Shown here piece after piece: positions 31,439 to 43,697 of a DNA stretch of 64,000 nucleotides; positions within the stretch are counted from its first letter, which is position 1; the number at the start of each line of letters is the position of its first letter. Position numbers and translations under genes: made by a program. The notes beneath the pieces were generated by a model. That model was not told where the DNA came from. It worked only from the letters and a program-made list of their open reading frames with translations, and ran no database searches. Source of the stretch: an uncultured Gammaproteobacteria bacterium (lineage in GTDB: Bacteria > Pseudomonadota > Gammaproteobacteria > UBA9214); assembly GCA_963827755.1 (NCBI GenBank), contig CAWHCQ010000031.1:1-64000 (forward strand), in the 5' to 3' direction.

Positions 31439-32541
31439 TGCGTCTTGATCCCCGCAGCCTGGAGACACAGGCCGGCGACACGCCGGGCCGCATTCGGCAA
31501 AGCAAGCTCACGTGCGCGGCAGGCCATTTCCAGTAACAATTCGCGCTGCTGGTGAAAATCCGCCAGCAGGTCGGCCAGCGGGCCGGGCTGCAATGAAGCC
31601 TGCGGCATCAGGATCGCGGCACCCGCATCGGCCAGGTACTTCGCATTACCGGTTTGATGATCATCGGTGGCGAAAGGGAACGGCACCAGGATCGAGGCAA
31701 CCCCGACGACGGCAAGTTCGGCAACGGTCAGCGCACCTGCGCGGCAAATCACCACGTCAGCCCAGGCATAGGCCGCGGCCATGTCTTCGACAAAGGCTTC
31801 AACATGCGCCTCGATGCCGGCAGCGGCATAGGCAGCCCGCACGCTTGCCTCGTCCGCACTGCCGGTTTGATGCTGCACCAGCGGCTGCCGGTCTGCAGGC
31901 AACTGACCGACGGCCTCGGGAACAACCGTATTCAAAGCATGGGCGCCGAGGCTGCCGCCGATGACCAGCACCCGCAGGGCACCGCTGCGGGATGCAAATC
32001 GCAGCGACGGTTCGGCAAGCCGGCAGATTTCGGCGCGCACCGGATTACCGGTATGCACCGGATGACGGGCAGCCGGCAGGCTGCCGGGGAAGGCCTCCAT
32101 CACGGTGCGTGCCAGCGGCGCAAGCCAGCGATTGGTCATGCCGGCAACCGAATTCTGTTCATGGATCAACAGCGGGCGACGCAACAGCCAGGCAACAACC
32201 CCGCCGGGTCCGGATGCAAAGCCGCCCATGCCAAGCACTGCCAGCGGACGCAAGCGTAACTGGATAACCATGGCCTGCATGAGCGCGACAGCCAGCATGA
32301 AGGGGGCCAGCAGCAGCCGCAGCACACCCTTGCCGCGCAGCCCGGAAACACGCATCGTTTCAAGCGGGTAGCCGGCCGCCGGAACCACGCGCGCTTCCAG
32401 CCCGCGCTGCGTGCCCAGCCAGGATACGGAGACACCCTGTGCGGACAACTCCCTGGCAACGGCCAGCGCGGGAAACACATGCCCGCCGGTGCCTCCCGCC
32501 ATGATCAGCACCGGTCGACGGCTGCTTGCAGACTGCATCAT
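31435..32541 (-). CDS. murG: MurG N-acetylglucosaminyltransferase
   Basis: [20 protein letters not shown] and RAGALTVAE. Confidence 0.97.
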   Translation of the reverse strand: MMQSASSRRPVLIMAGGTGGHVFPALAVARELSAQGVSVSWLGTQRGLEARVVPAAGYPLETMRVSGLRGKGVLRLLLAPFMLAVALMQAMVIQLRLRPLAVLGMGGFASGPGGVVAWLLRRPLLIHEQNSVAGMTNRWLAPLARTVMEAFPGSLPAARHPVHTGNPVRAEICRLAEPSLRFASRSGALRVLVIGGSLGAHALNTVVPEAVGQLPADRQPLVQHQTGSADEASVRAAYAAAGIEAHVEAFVEDMAAAYAWADVVICRAGALTVAELAVVGVASILVPFPFATDDHQTGNAKYLADAGAAILMPQASLQPGPLADLLADFHQQRELLLEMACRARELALPNAARRVAGLCLQAAGIKTQ

Positions 32542-33719
32542 GTCCGCACCTTTCTGCGCACCGCGTTGATTGCAGAGCGCGTCTCGTAATCAACACGCAA
32601 TAACAGGGCCACGGCGGCACACATAACCACCATGCTTGACCCGCCGTAACTCACCAGCGGCAGCGTCAGGCCCTTGGTCGGCAGCAGACCCATGTTGACG
32701 CCGATATTGACGAAGCTCTGCAGTGCGAACCAGATACCGATGCCGTATGCAAGATAGGATGCAAACAGGTTGTCCGCATTGGCCGCCTGGGCGGCGATAA
32801 TGAAGGCACGCCATACCAGCAGCGTATACAGGGCAATAATGACGCACACGCCCAGCAGGCCGAGCTCCTCGGCAAGCACGGCGAACACAAAATCGGTATG
32901 CGCTTCCGGCAGGTAAAACAGTTTCTGTACGCTTGAACCCAGGCCGACCCCCAGCCATTCACCCCGACCAATAGCCATCAGCGACTGGGTAAGCTGAAAG
33001 CCGCTGTCAAACGGGTCCGCCCAGGGATTCATGAAGGTAGTCAGGCGCTCCATTCGATAGGGCGACGACACGGCAAGCCCGCCGAGCAGCAACCCGCCGC
33101 TGCCGAGCATGCCGGCAAATTGCGTCAACTTCACACCCGCCATGAAAATCATGCCCATGACCGTTGCCGCCAGTACAACGGTTGCACCAAAATCCGGCTC
33201 CAGCAGCAACAGCACGGCTGCAATCGACAACAGGCCAAGCGGCTTCAGGAAGCCGCTGATATGCGAACGCACTTCGCAGCCGTAGCGCGCCAGGTAAGCT
33301 GCCAGGTAAATTATGAACAGCAATTTTGCAGGCTCGGAAACCTGTAGCCTGAAGAGACCGACATTGATCCAGCGAGTTGCACCATTCACTTCCACGCCGA
33401 CAGCGGGTACCAGCACCAGCGACAGCAACAGAAAAGACAACAGCAACAGGACCTGCGCCATTTTCGCCAGTATGGCAAGCGGCAGGCGAAACAGGATACT
33501 GCCAATGAACACACCGGCACCGATATAAACGACCTGGCGAATCGCATAATAAAAAGGCCTGCCAAGCTCACGGTCGGCAAAGGTCACAGACGCAGACGCC
33601 ACCATCACCAGGCCGAGCGCGGCAAGGGCTGCCGCTGCGAACAGCAGCCAGTAATCCATGCGTGGCAAACGCACGCCACGTGTACCGAGATAGCGGGCCT
33701 GGATGGCGGTGGCTGTCAT
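32538..33719 (-). CDS. ftsW: SEDS peptidoglycan polymerase FtsW
   Basis: EPDFG, YLPEAHTDF and PTKGLTLPLVSYGGSS. Confidence 0.96.
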   Translation of the reverse strand: MTATAIQARYLGTRGVRLPRMDYWLLFAAAALAALGLVMVASASVTFADRELGRPFYYAIRQVVYIGAGVFIGSILFRLPLAILAKMAQVLLLLSFLLLSLVLVPAVGVEVNGATRWINVGLFRLQVSEPAKLLFIIYLAAYLARYGCEVRSHISGFLKPLGLLSIAAVLLLLEPDFGATVVLAATVMGMIFMAGVKLTQFAGMLGSGGLLLGGLAVSSPYRMERLTTFMNPWADPFDSGFQLTQSLMAIGRGEWLGVGLGSSVQKLFYLPEAHTDFVFAVLAEELGLLGVCVIIALYTLLVWRAFIIAAQAANADNLFASYLAYGIGIWFALQSFVNIGVNMGLLPTKGLTLPLVSYGGSSMVVMCAAVALLLRVDYETRSAINAVRRKVRT

Positions 33720-35086
33720 GTTTTCAGGACCTCCCGTACCGCCCTGGTAAACACTTCACCACGCTCGACAAAATTGCGATACATATCGGTACTGGCACAG
33801 GCCGGGGACAACAGCACGCAATCACCCGGCCGCGCCATCGCAGCCGCCCGGGTCACGGCCTGGGTCATATCCAGGGCATGCTCCACGGGCACAACCTCAC
33901 CGAGCACTGCCTCGAGCAGGGCAGCGTCCTTGCCGATCAGCACAGCACCGACCCCCTTGTGCCGCATGGCATCGGCCAGTGGAGAAAAGTCTGCACCCTT
34001 GCCGTCTCCACCGGCAATCAGGACGAGCCGGCCTTCGATACCCTCGATGGCCGCCAGCGTTGCACCGACATTGGTCCCCTTTGAATCGTTGTACCATTGC
34101 ACCCCGTTGTGCGTCACAACATGCTGCATCCGGTGTGGCAGCCCCTGGAACTCCGCCAGTGTTTCCAGCATTGCAGCCAGCGGCAGCCCGGCTGATTCGC
34201 CCAGTGCCAGTGCCGCCAGTGCATTCATCATGTTGTGACGTCCGGCCATCCGCACCTTGCTTGCCGGCAACAATTGTTCACTGCCACGGGCCAGCCAGAT
34301 CTCGCCGGCGCGCTCAATCAGCCCGTACTCGTTTTCACCCGGCGTCTGCTGCGTAAAGCGCAGCTGTGGACGTTCCGGATCCGCAAGACTCGCAGCCAGC
34401 GGATCATCGGCATTCACCACCTGTATTGCTGCACCGCGGTAAACAGCCTGTTTTGCCGCGGCATAGGACGCGAGATCACTGTAACGATCCATGTGATCAG
34501 CACTCACATTCAGTACAACTGCCGCCTGCGGCCGCAGTGACTCGATGGTTTCGAGTTGAAAGCTCGACAATTCCAGCACGTACAGGTCGGGCTCCGTCAC
34601 GTCGATCAAGTCAAGTGCCGGGGTGCCGATATTGCCGCCGGTGCGCACATCGAGGCCGGCGCGGCGCGCCATGGCACTGAGCAGGGTCACTACCGTGCTT
34701 TTCCCGTTGGAACCGGTCACTGCCAGCACCGGTGCCGTCACTGCCTGCGCAAACAGCTCGACATCGCCGATCAGCGGAACGCCACGCGCAACAGCCGCGG
34801 CAACTTCAGGTTCCCTGGCCGATACCCCGGGGCTGATCACAATCTGCTCGGCACGGGCAAAGGCCTCGGCATGAAACCCGCCGAGAAACAGGGCGACGTC
34901 AGCGGGCAGCTCGGCATACAGCTTCTCCAGGCCCGGAGGGTTTTCACGGCTGTCGACGATTGCAACGGCAGCACCCTGGCGTGACAGATAGCGCGCCACG
35001 GACAAACCCGTTTCACCGAGTCCGACCACCAGCGTTCTGCTCGCCTTGTCAAACATGTGTGTCATTGCCAATACCGGGACCGCCAT
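33716..35086 (-). CDS. murD: UDP-MurNAc-L-Ala--D-glutamate ligase
   Basis: TGSNGKSTV, ELSSFQLE, NDSKGTN and LLSPACAS. Confidence 0.96.
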   Translation of the reverse strand: MAVPVLAMTHMFDKASRTLVVGLGETGLSVARYLSRQGAAVAIVDSRENPPGLEKLYAELPADVALFLGGFHAEAFARAEQIVISPGVSAREPEVAAAVARGVPLIGDVELFAQAVTAPVLAVTGSNGKSTVVTLLSAMARRAGLDVRTGGNIGTPALDLIDVTEPDLYVLELSSFQLETIESLRPQAAVVLNVSADHMDRYSDLASYAAAKQAVYRGAAIQVVNADDPLAASLADPERPQLRFTQQTPGENEYGLIERAGEIWLARGSEQLLPASKVRMAGRHNMMNALAALALGESAGLPLAAMLETLAEFQGLPHRMQHVVTHNGVQWYNDSKGTNVGATLAAIEGIEGRLVLIAGGDGKGADFSPLADAMRHKGVGAVLIGKDAALLEAVLGEVVPVEHALDMTQAVTRAAAMARPGDCVLLSPACASTDMYRNFVERGEVFTRAVREVLKT

Positions 35087-35157
35087 CGTTTACAACCCGC
35101 AAGGAAATCTGTTTGCCGGGACCACTTCAACCATTACCGTTTTCCTGTGCATGCACT

Positions 35158-36240
35158 TCAACGTATCTTCAGTGTTGCCAGGCCAACCAGCACAAGAATC
35201 ACGGTTATAATCCAGAATCGCACGATGACGCGCGGTTCCGGCCAGCCCTTTAATTCAAAATGATGGTGCAACGGCGCCATGTGGAAAATTCGCCGGCCGG
35301 TCAGCTTGTATGAACCCACCTGCAGGATGACGGATACGGTCTCCATAACGAACACACCGGACATCACCATAAACACGAGTTCCTGGCGCACCAGCACGGC
35401 AACGATGCCCAGCGCAGCGCCCAGCGCCAGTGCACCCACATCCCCCATGAACACCATGGCGGGATAGGCGTTGAACCAGAGAAAACCCAGCCCGGCACCG
35501 ACCAGTGCGCCGCAGAAGACGACGAGCTCGGCTGTCTCGTTTATGTAGGGGATACCCAGATAGGCAGCGATCTTCACGTTGCCGGTGGTATAGGCAAACA
35601 CGCCGAGTGCACCGGCAATCAATACGGTAGGCAGAATGGCGAGCCCGTCGAGCCCGTCTGTCAGGTTCACTGCATTACTGGTCCCGACGATCACAAAATA
35701 GGACAGCGCCACGTAAAACCAGCCAAGGTTGACCGCGACATCCTTGAAGAAGGGAACAATCAGCGCGGTTTCGGCAGGCGTATTTGCGCTCATGTAAAGA
35801 AAAACCGTCACACTCAATGCGACCATGGATTGCCAGAAGATCTTGCTGCGTGCCGACAGTCCGTCTGAATTTTTCAACACCAGTTTTTTGTAATCATCAA
35901 CCCAGCCGATTGCGCCGAACAGGGTCGTCACCACGAGTACGACCCAGACATAATGATTGCCAAGATCCGCCCACATGAGTGTGGCAACCGCGATTGCAAC
36001 CAGGATCAGCGCACCGCCCATGGTCGGGGTGCCCGCCTTTACCAGGTGTGACTGCGGGCCGTCATTACGCACTGACTGTCCAATCTGGTAACGGCCCAGC
36101 CTGCGTATCATCTCCGGCCCGATGACGAACGAAATCAGCAACGCCGTCAATACGCCAAGGATGGCACGCAGTGTCAGGTACTGGAAAACATTGAAACCGC
36201 TGTGGTACTGGCTCAGGTATTCAGCAAGGTGAAGCAGCAT
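35158..36240 (-). CDS. mraY: Phospho-MurNAc-pentapeptide transferase
   Basis: [19 protein letters not shown] and MAPLHHHFE. Confidence 0.97.
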   Translation of the reverse strand: MLLHLAEYLSQYHSGFNVFQYLTLRAILGVLTALLISFVIGPEMIRRLGRYQIGQSVRNDGPQSHLVKAGTPTMGGALILVAIAVATLMWADLGNHYVWVVLVVTTLFGAIGWVDDYKKLVLKNSDGLSARSKIFWQSMVALSVTVFLYMSANTPAETALIVPFFKDVAVNLGWFYVALSYFVIVGTSNAVNLTDGLDGLAILPTVLIAGALGVFAYTTGNVKIAAYLGIPYINETAELVVFCGALVGAGLGFLWFNAYPAMVFMGDVGALALGAALGIVAVLVRQELVFMVMSGVFVMETVSVILQVGSYKLTGRRIFHMAPLHHHFELKGWPEPRVIVRFWIITVILVLVGLATLKIR

Positions 36241-36241
36241 G

Positions 36242-37615
36242 CTAGCAGCCCTCCCCGGCAGGCAGGATATGCTGCTGCAATGCAACCAGCGCATCGACGA
36301 CGCGTTCCATGCGCATGCGCCGCGACCCCTTTACCAGGATATGCAGCGGAGTTGTCAGATCGCTTTTCAGGGCCGCAAGCAGTTCATCCAGCGTGGCAAA
36401 TGCCCTGCCCTTGCCGTTAAAAGTCCCAATGGCCTGCTGCGCCAGCTCGCCGAGCGTATAGAGCCGGCTGACACCCGCCGCCCGCGCCTGGCGTCCCGCG
36501 TTGCGGTGCAATGCCGATTCCCCGGCCCCCAGTTCACCCATGTCGCCCAGCACCAGCCAGGTCTCGCCACCGGCCTGTGCCAGCACGTCCAGGGCAACCT
36601 GCAGGGATTCCGGGTTGGCGTTATAGGTGTCGTCGATCAGGGTGACATTGCCGGGTAATTGTTGAATATTGAAACGTCCCGGCACCGCTGACACCGACGC
36701 CAGCCCGTCACGCACGGCATCCAGGCCGGCACCGGCGGCGAGCGCCGCTGCAGAGGCGGCGAGCGCATTCATGACGTTATGCCTTCCCGGCAATGACAGG
36801 TGCACTTCGATCTCTCCCTGCCCGGTCACCAGCCGGACATCGCTGCCCCGGGCGTCGCCGCTCCAGTCTGCATGCACAGCCGCCCCGGCTGTCAGGCCGA
36901 AATCGACAATCCGGCAATGCGCGGCCAGTTCACGCCAGAGGGGCGCAAATTCATCATCGGCGTTTATCACTGCCACCGCGTCTTTATCGAGATTTGCGAA
37001 CAACTCGCCCTTTGCCCGGGCAACACCCTCAACATCACCGAAACCTTCAAGGTGTGCCGGCCCGGCATTCGTCACGACGCCAATATCCGCGTGCGCGATA
37101 CCGGCAAGGTATTCGATTTCACCGGGGTGGTTCGCACCCATCTCCAGCACGGCAAATTCATCGCCCGGACCCAGGCGTGCCAGCGTCAATGGCAGGCCGA
37201 TATCGTTATTCAGGTTCCCCTGCGTCGAAAGCGTCTGCCCGCAGCGTTGCAATATGGCTTCCAGCATCGCCCGTACGGTGGTCTTGCCATTACTGCCGGT
37301 AATGGCGACGACCGGCAGCGAAAACCTGGAGCGCCAGTACCCCGCCAGGCTGCCCAGCGCGAGCCGCGTATCACTGACTTCGAGCAGCGGCAATTGTGTG
37401 CGGCACTGCCGGCTCACGGCAGCCGCGCTTGCGCCCCGCTGCTGCGCCTCTGCAAGATATTCATGACCATCGAAATTCGGCCCCTGCAGGGCAAAGAACA
37501 GGCAGCCTGCCTCGAGTTTCCTGCTATCCGTGCTGATGCCGCGAAAGGCAACGTCCACAGGCGAATAGCGGCCATCCAGCGCCTCGGCGGCTTCTGAAAG
37601 TTGCATGGCCATCAT
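36242..37615 (-). CDS. murF: UDP-MurNAc-tripeptide--D-Ala-D-Ala ligase
   Basis: [25 protein letters not shown] and KGSR. Confidence 0.96.
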   Translation of the reverse strand: MMAMQLSEAAEALDGRYSPVDVAFRGISTDSRKLEAGCLFFALQGPNFDGHEYLAEAQQRGASAAAVSRQCRTQLPLLEVSDTRLALGSLAGYWRSRFSLPVVAITGSNGKTTVRAMLEAILQRCGQTLSTQGNLNNDIGLPLTLARLGPGDEFAVLEMGANHPGEIEYLAGIAHADIGVVTNAGPAHLEGFGDVEGVARAKGELFANLDKDAVAVINADDEFAPLWRELAAHCRIVDFGLTAGAAVHADWSGDARGSDVRLVTGQGEIEVHLSLPGRHNVMNALAASAAALAAGAGLDAVRDGLASVSAVPGRFNIQQLPGNVTLIDDTYNANPESLQVALDVLAQAGGETWLVLGDMGELGAGESALHRNAGRQARAAGVSRLYTLGELAQQAIGTFNGKGRAFATLDELLAALKSDLTTPLHILVKGSRRMRMERVVDALVALQQHILPAGEGC

Positions 37616-39148
37616 CGCGTCCATTCCCGCAGCAAAGCCCTGACACGCTCACGGTCACTGAACGGCACGGCGCGCGTACCGGTAATCTGTACCGTCTCGT
37701 GCCCTTTCCCGGCAATCAGCACGAGATCATCCGGCCCTGCCTCCTGCATCGCCCGGGTAATGGCATGGGCACGATCATGCTCGATATGCACCAGCGCAGG
37801 CTGTTTTATCCCGGCACGAATTTCATCAATGATCTGTTGTGGATCCTCGGTGCGCGGGTTGTCATCGGTGAGCACGATTTCATCGGCAAATCGTTCGGCA
37901 ACCGCCCCCATCAACGGCCGCTTGCCGCGATCGCGATCACCACCGGCCCCGAACACGCACCAGAGCCTGCCGGCACAATGTTCGCGCAGCGAGACAAGCA
38001 CGGCCTCCAGCGCTCCTGCCGTGTGCGCATAGTCGACCACTACCAGCGGGTGAGCTGCGCCGGCATCGAAACGCTCCATGCGCCCGGCTACCGTGCGCGT
38101 TACCGCGAGGCGCCTCAGGGCCTCTTTAAACGGCAGACCCGTCACACACAGGCTGGCAAGCGCCGCCAGCAGGTTGCTGGCATTGAAACGGCCCAGCAGG
38201 GAACTCTGCAGGCTGCCTCCGCCCCAGGGCGTATTGACATCCATGCGCATGCCCGCACTGTTCATTTCCAGGTTGCGCCCGATCACCCACTGCGCCGGGA
38301 AGCGGGTACGAAACGGTTCATTCTCGAGACGGTAGGCAATCGGTGCAACGCCGGGCGGAATATCATCCAGCAATGCAGCGCCAAAACTGTCGTCTGCATT
38401 GATAACGGCATAGCGCAATCCGTCAGCGTGAAATAATTTCCGCTTGGCGCTCGCATAGGCCTCGACATTACCGTGATAATCGAGATGGTCACGGCTCAGG
38501 TTGGTCAATACTGCAATATCAAAATCCACGCCACGGACGCGTCCCTGGTCCATGGCATGTGAGGAAACTTCTGCAACAACACAGCGCGCACCCTGTTGTT
38601 GCATATTGTAAAGCGACTGCTGCACCGTCAGTGCATCCGGCGTGGTGTGCGTGGCGGAAGACAACTCGCCATACAGGCCGTAACCCAGCGTACCAATTAC
38701 CCCGCAACGCCGGTCACCACTATTCAGCGCCTGCGCAATAAAATGGGAAACCGAGGTCTTGCCATCCGTGCCGGTAACACCAATCACAAACAGGCCATGT
38801 GACGGGTGCCCGAAGAAACGGTCACTTATGATCCCGACCCGGTGGCGCAAGATCGGGGACGGCCACCACGGGTACCGGCAGCAGTGCGGCCATTTCCGCA
38901 AGGCCGGCATCAGTAACAAGCGGCTCCCACGCAACGGCTGTCGCACCCAGCGCAACGGCCTGGCGGGCATGCTGAAGTCCATGGGTGTGCGCGCCGGCAA
39001 CAGCGAGGAATAAATCACCCGCCTGCACCTTGCGACTGTCAAGGGCGATACCGTTTACCGCTATATCGCGCCTGACATTAACGTCAGCAAAACCCTGCAA
39101 CAACCCGGAAAGGGTATGCTCTGCTGTCATGGCTTCAGCCGACATCAT
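37612..39148 (-). CDS. murE: UDP-MurNAc-dipeptide--meso-DAP ligase (one frameshift near 38850)
   Basis: N-terminus DSRKVQAGDLF in ORF 38822-39148; TGTDGKTS, VDYAHT, DNPR and AGKGHE in ORF 37612-39042. Confidence 0.94.
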
Positions 39149-40858
39149 GCAGGCTCTCCCGCAGAATCGAGCCGTGTTTGCAGCAATGGCATGTTGTCGG
39201 GCGGCACGGCCAGCAGGCGTAATGCCCCCGACATAACCCTGGAAAACACGGGCGCTGCCACCTGCCCGCCGTAATACTTGCCGTTCGACGGCTCATCGAT
39301 CATGACAACCATTGCAAGCTGCGGGTCACTGGCCGGGGCCATGCCGGCAAATACCGCCAGGTACTTGCTGTCCGAATAGCCACCAGCCTCCGACTTGCGC
39401 ACTGTGCCGGTCTTGCCGGCAACGCGGTAGCCTGCAACACGGGCGAGTGGCGCGGTACCGTCCGGCCCTGCCGCCTGTTCCAGCATGTCGCGCACCTGTC
39501 GCGCGACCTGCGCCGGCATAACCCGCAGCTCGTTCTGCAGCTTCGACTTGCCTGAGGAAGGTAACCGGCCGCTTGACGCCTTCTGCCGCCAGCACGGCGA
39601 AGGCCTGCGCCAGCTGCAGCGGTGTTACGGAAATCCCGTAGCCGAAAGACAAGGTTGCAGTTTCAATTGCATTCCAGCCATCGTGAAAGGGAAGCAGGCC
39701 CGATGCCTCGCCGGGAAAACCGCTGAAACTCTGCACACCGAAACCAACGTCGGACAACAGTGACCAGATATCCGCTGCCGGCAACGACAGGGCAATCTTG
39801 CTGATACCCACATTACTGGACTTGCGGATCACGCCGGCAACATCCAGCTGACCGTAGTCATGCACATCGCGCACCGTGTTGACACCGACCTGGAACCAGC
39901 CCGGTGAAGTGCCGATCAGGGTGCCGGGTTGGTAACGCCCGCTCTGCAGGGCGGTTGCTACGATAAACGGCTTCATGGTCGAGCCGGGCTCAAACACATC
40001 GGTTAGCGCACGATTGCGCACATGACTGCTGCGCAGTCCCTGCCGGTTGTTGGGATTGAAAGCCGGCTGGTTAACCATCGCCAGTATTTCGCCAGTGTTG
40101 GTGTCCAGCACCACCGCGGAAGCCGAGCGTGCCTTGTGTTCCTGCATGGCTTTTTTAAGCTCACGATAAGCCAGGTACTGGATACGGTGATCAATACTCA
40201 GCTGCAGGTCTTTACCCGGGCGCGGATGACGGATACTTTCCACATCCTCGATAATGTTGCGCTTGCCGTCCTTGATGACACGCTTGGCGCCGGGCTCGCC
40301 GCCCAGCCACTCTTCATAAGCCAGCTCCAGCCCTTCCTGGCCAACATCGTCGATATTCGTAAAGCCGAGAACATGCGCAGCAACTTCACCGGCCGGATAA
40401 TACCGCCGGTACTCGCGCTGCAGGTACACACCGGGAATATCAAGCTCGCTTACACGTGCGGCCAGCGCCGGACTGACATGGCGTTGTAAATAAACAAATT
40501 CACGTTCGGAGCGTCCTGCCAACAGCTGCCGCACAGTCTCGTTCTCGAGTGACAACACCTGTTCCAGCTCAGGTATGCGTTGCTGCTCACCGGCCAGCTG
40601 CTGTGGATTGATCCACACGGATTCGACCGGCGTGCTGATTGCCAGTGGTTCTCCGTTACGGTCGGTAATCATGCCACGGTGCGCCGACAGGGCGACGACG
40701 CGCAAATGCCGCGCCTGCACCTGGTCCTGCAGAAACTGGTTGTCCAGCACCTGCAGGCTGACTGCACGCCAGACCAGTGCCACGGCAGCCAGCCCCATGC
40801 ACAGGTAGAGGAAGACGCGACGCCCTCGATACACACTGCTGGTCCGGTTACGACTCAT
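39145..40858 (-). CDS. ftsI: Penicillin-binding protein 3 FtsI (one frameshift near 39530)
   Basis: EPGSTMK and SSN in ORF 39326-40858; KTG in ORF 39145-39519. Confidence 0.94.
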
Positions 40859-41124
40859 GGCCTTACAATTACCGTGTTGGCGTGAGACAGACTCACCATT
40901 CCGAGGCGGTCACGGGCTGCACTTTCCACCTGGCCCTGGGTGGTCAGGGTGCTTTGCTCCAGTTGCAACTGGCCCCACTCAACATCCATGTTGTCCCTGT
41001 CATTACCGAGCGCTTGCAATTCTATAAACAGCTTGCGGCTCTGGTGCTTCGCATATACCACGCTGATGGATGAGGCGATAACGGCCAGCACGAGAATCAG
41101 GAGGACACCCGGATGCACCGTCAT
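40855..41124 (-). CDS. ftsL: Cell division protein FtsL
   Basis: TM plus coiled coil [12 protein letters not shown]; lies between rsmH and ftsI. Confidence 0.92.
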   Translation of the reverse strand: MTVHPGVLLILVLAVIASSISVVYAKHQSRKLFIELQALGNDRDNMDVEWGQLQLEQSTLTTQGQVESAARDRLGMVSLSHANTVIVRP

Positions 41125-42056
41125 TGCAAACGCTCCGCCACCCTGAGTACGGCACTGCGTGCGCGCGGATTGCAGGCCACTTCTTCCTTGCCGGCACGCA
41201 GCGCCTTGCCGATCGGCCTGAGCCGTGGCCGAAAGTCCATGCCGGCAAGCGGAAATTCAACCGGTGGCTGCTCACCCTGGTATTCATGCCGGATGAATCG
41301 CTTGACGATACGGTCTTCAAGCGAATGAAAACTGATAATGACCAGGCGCCCATGCGGGGCCAGCACATCCAGCACCTGGTCGAGCACCGCCCTGATGTCA
41401 TCGAGTTCGTGATTGATGAATATACGGATCGCCTGGAAACTGCGGGTGGCCGGATGCTTGTTCTTTTCGTACACGGGAATCGCAGTTGCAACAAGCTCGG
41501 CCAGTTGCCGGGTTGTGCGCAGTGGTTCGGTTGCACGCAGCTCGACGATTGCCCGTGCAATACGGCGTGCAAAGCGTTCTTCGCCCAGGGTCTTCAGGAC
41601 ATCGCTGATTTCACGCTCGTCGGCCTGCTCCAGCCATTCTGCCGCACTCACGCCGGAAGTCGGATCCATGCGCATATCGAGCGGGCCTTCTTCGGAAAAA
41701 CTGAAGCCGCGTGAAGAATCATCCAGCTGGGGTGAAGACACGCCGAGATCGAGCAACAGGCCGTTGACCCGGCCGCTTAGTTCCCGCTGTGCAACCATCC
41801 GGCCGAGCATCGTAAATGTCCCCTGCTCGATTTCAAATCGAGGGTCATTACCGAATTGCATTTCGCCCGACTGCACGGCTTCCGGGTCCTTGTCTATAGC
41901 CAGCAAGCGACCGTCCGGCCCAAGCGCCGCAAGAATTGCACCTGCATGACCGCCACGACCGAAGGTTCCATCCACGTATACCCCGTCGGGTTGTATTGCC
42001 AGCCCTGCCAGTGTCTCCTTGAGCAGCACTGGCTGGTGTAAATAATCCATAGCCAC
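41121..42056 (-). CDS. rsmH: 16S rRNA m4C1402 methyltransferase
   Basis: [30 protein letters not shown] and NPRARSA. Confidence 0.97.
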   Translation of the reverse strand: MAMDYLHQPVLLKETLAGLAIQPDGVYVDGTFGRGGHAGAILAALGPDGRLLAIDKDPEAVQSGEMQFGNDPRFEIEQGTFTMLGRMVAQRELSGRVNGLLLDLGVSSPQLDDSSRGFSFSEEGPLDMRMDPTSGVSAAEWLEQADEREISDVLKTLGEERFARRIARAIVELRATEPLRTTRQLAELVATAIPVYEKNKHPATRSFQAIRIFINHELDDIRAVLDQVLDVLAPHGRLVIISFHSLEDRIVKRFIRHEYQGEQPPVEFPLAGMDFRPRLRPIGKALRAGKEEVACNPRARSAVLRVAERLQ

Positions 42057-42058
42057 GA

Positions 42059-42508
42059 TCAGAGCGTCAGTTGTTCCAGTGAATCAGGCAACTCATCATT
42101 GCCATCATCGGAGATCCATTCATTACACCTCTTGTCCCAGGCCTCATCGTTCCAGATTTCGAACTTGTTACCCAGGCCGGCCAGCACAACGCGCTTTTCC
42201 AGTGATGCAAATTCACGCAGGCGCGGCGGAATCAGAATCCGCCCGCTCTTGTCCATGTCGAGTTCAGTTGCATGACCAAGCACCATGCGCTGCAGGGTGC
42301 GGGTGCGTTTGTTCTGGTTGGGAAGACGGACGAGTTTGCGTTCAATCTCGTCCCAGTCCGGAAGGGCATACAGCAGCAGACAGCGGTCGTCGTGAACCGT
42401 CAGCACCACGCGGCCTTCACAACGCGTAATGAGATCTTCACGGTAGCGGGTTGGAAGGGCCAGGCGACCCTTCGCATCCAGATTGACCGTGCTGCCACCT
42501 TTGAACAA
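42059..42508 (-). CDS. mraZ: dcw cluster repressor MraZ
   Basis: Two DxxGR motifs (DAKGR, DKSGR); first gene of the dcw cluster. Confidence 0.95.
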   Translation of the reverse strand: MFKGGSTVNLDAKGRLALPTRYREDLITRCEGRVVLTVHDDRCLLLYALPDWDEIERKLVRLPNQNKRTRTLQRMVLGHATELDMDKSGRILIPPRLREFASLEKRVVLAGLGNKFEIWNDEAWDKRCNEWISDDGNDELPDSLEQLTL

Positions 42509-42514
42509 TTCCGC

Positions 42515-42569
42515 CCCCCTTTACTCCCCTGAAACCCATTTATTACCACTGAGTCCCACTTTGCGACAC
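42515..42569 (-). promoter_or_regulatory. MraZ operator: GTGGG-like pentamers at 10-bp period
   Basis: Minus strand reads GTGTC-N5-GTGGG-N5-GTGGT-N5-ATGGG-N5-GGGGA-N5-GGGGG just before the start codon. Confidence 0.75.
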
Positions 42570-42596
42570 TATAGGGAGGAAGGCTCGACCCGTCAA
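42568..42596 (-). promoter_or_regulatory. Sigma70 promoter of the dcw cluster
   Basis: TTGACG-17 bp-TATAGT abutting the MraZ boxes. Confidence 0.7.
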
Positions 42597-42909
42597 GCTA
42601 AATCAGGAAAAAATCTCCATCTGGACAGTGACTTAGCCCATTTTCACGATTTAGCACCACAACTCGATCAACATATAAATTAGAAATCAAAAGCTTGGCA
42701 GAATTACCTTGCGTAACTTGACAACATTAAGCGCCTTGAGTGGTTTTGCGGCCCGAAATCAGCCCTGGAAAACACCCCTGGCCGGTCATTATAAACCGAA
42801 TCGAAACCCAATATCTTGGGTTTTTAACATTTTTATTTAGCTATATACGGTGATTAATTCCACCCGGTAAAGGGCAAAGGATAGTCTGCCCGTTAGGGAA
42901 ACAAACCCT

Positions 42910-43042
42910 GATGGGTAGTCGCTGCGCTCCTTAGCCATCCTGCTTCACTCGCTCTGCGCAGGACGGGTAAAGCGCAGCGCACCCGTCAGGCAACCGGTCC
43001 ACCCGGACGCCTGCAGGACGGGTAAAGCGCAGCGTACCCGTC
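42910..43042. repeat. Cluster of three REP-like palindromes
   Basis: GCAGGACGGGTAAAGCGCAGCG(C/T)ACCCGTC at 42958-42987 and 43013-43042 (29 of 30 identical), plus a diverged inverted copy at 42910-42943. Confidence 0.8.
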
Positions 43043-43066
43043 GGGGATGCATGCCTTCCTGTCGAT

Positions 43067-43095
43067 AAAAAAGGCCTGCGATGCAGGCCTTTTTT
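43067..43095. terminator. Bidirectional intrinsic terminator after ssb
   Basis: AAAAAAGGCCTGC-GAT-GCAGGCCTTTTTT. Confidence 0.85.
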
Positions 43096-43116
43096 ACTTC
43101 CCGATATTAACTGCGG

Positions 43117-43560
43117 TCAGAACGGGATATCGTCATCGAAGTCACCTGCGGGTGCTGGCGCGGAGGCAGCGGCAGTTTTGGCCGGAGCTGCAGCTGAATC
43201 GCCCGAAAAGCTGGCACTGCCGCCACGGCTGTCGAGCATCTGCATTTCGTTGGCAACGATCTCGGTGGTATAGCGGTCATTACCGGAATTGTCCTGCCAC
43301 TTGCGGGTCTGCAGCTTGCCTTCTATATAGACCTTCGAGCCTTTCTTCAGATATTCACCGGCAATCTCGCCAAGGCGCCGGAACATGACCACCCGGTGCC
43401 ATTCCGTCTTTTCCTGCTGTTCACCGCTGGTCTTGTCCTTCCAGGATTCAGAAGTGGCCAGGGTAATATTGGCAACCGCGTTGCCATTCGGCATGTAGCG
43501 TACTTCCGGATCCTTGCCGAGATTGCCGATCAGAATTACCTTGTTTACTCCTCGTGACAT
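43117..43560 (-). CDS. ssb: Single-stranded DNA-binding protein
   Basis: [16 protein letters not shown] and C-terminal DFDDDIPF. Confidence 0.98.
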   Translation of the reverse strand: MSRGVNKVILIGNLGKDPEVRYMPNGNAVANITLATSESWKDKTSGEQQEKTEWHRVVMFRRLGEIAGEYLKKGSKVYIEGKLQTRKWQDNSGNDRYTTEIVANEMQMLDSRGGSASFSGDSAAAPAKTAAASAPAPAGDFDDDIPF

Positions 43561-43697
43561 GATGCTCTCCTGTTATGTATGGGTTTCACCGGCCCGGTGG
43601 CCGCCCCGTTTGTGTGTTCCCGTGCAAAGTTGCTTCTTATTCTATGCCAAGGCCTGCCGGTGTTCTATGACTTTGGGCCGCTAAAACCCGCCGGTTT

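Noticed and set aside
42600-42900. RNase P RNA or other ncRNA upstream of mraZ
   Set aside because: No GAGGAAAGTCC or other conserved rnpB segment seen on either strand; the region is AT-rich promoter-like DNA.
42910-43042. CRISPR array
   Set aside because: Only two direct copies plus an inverted one, and no cas genes; fits REP elements.
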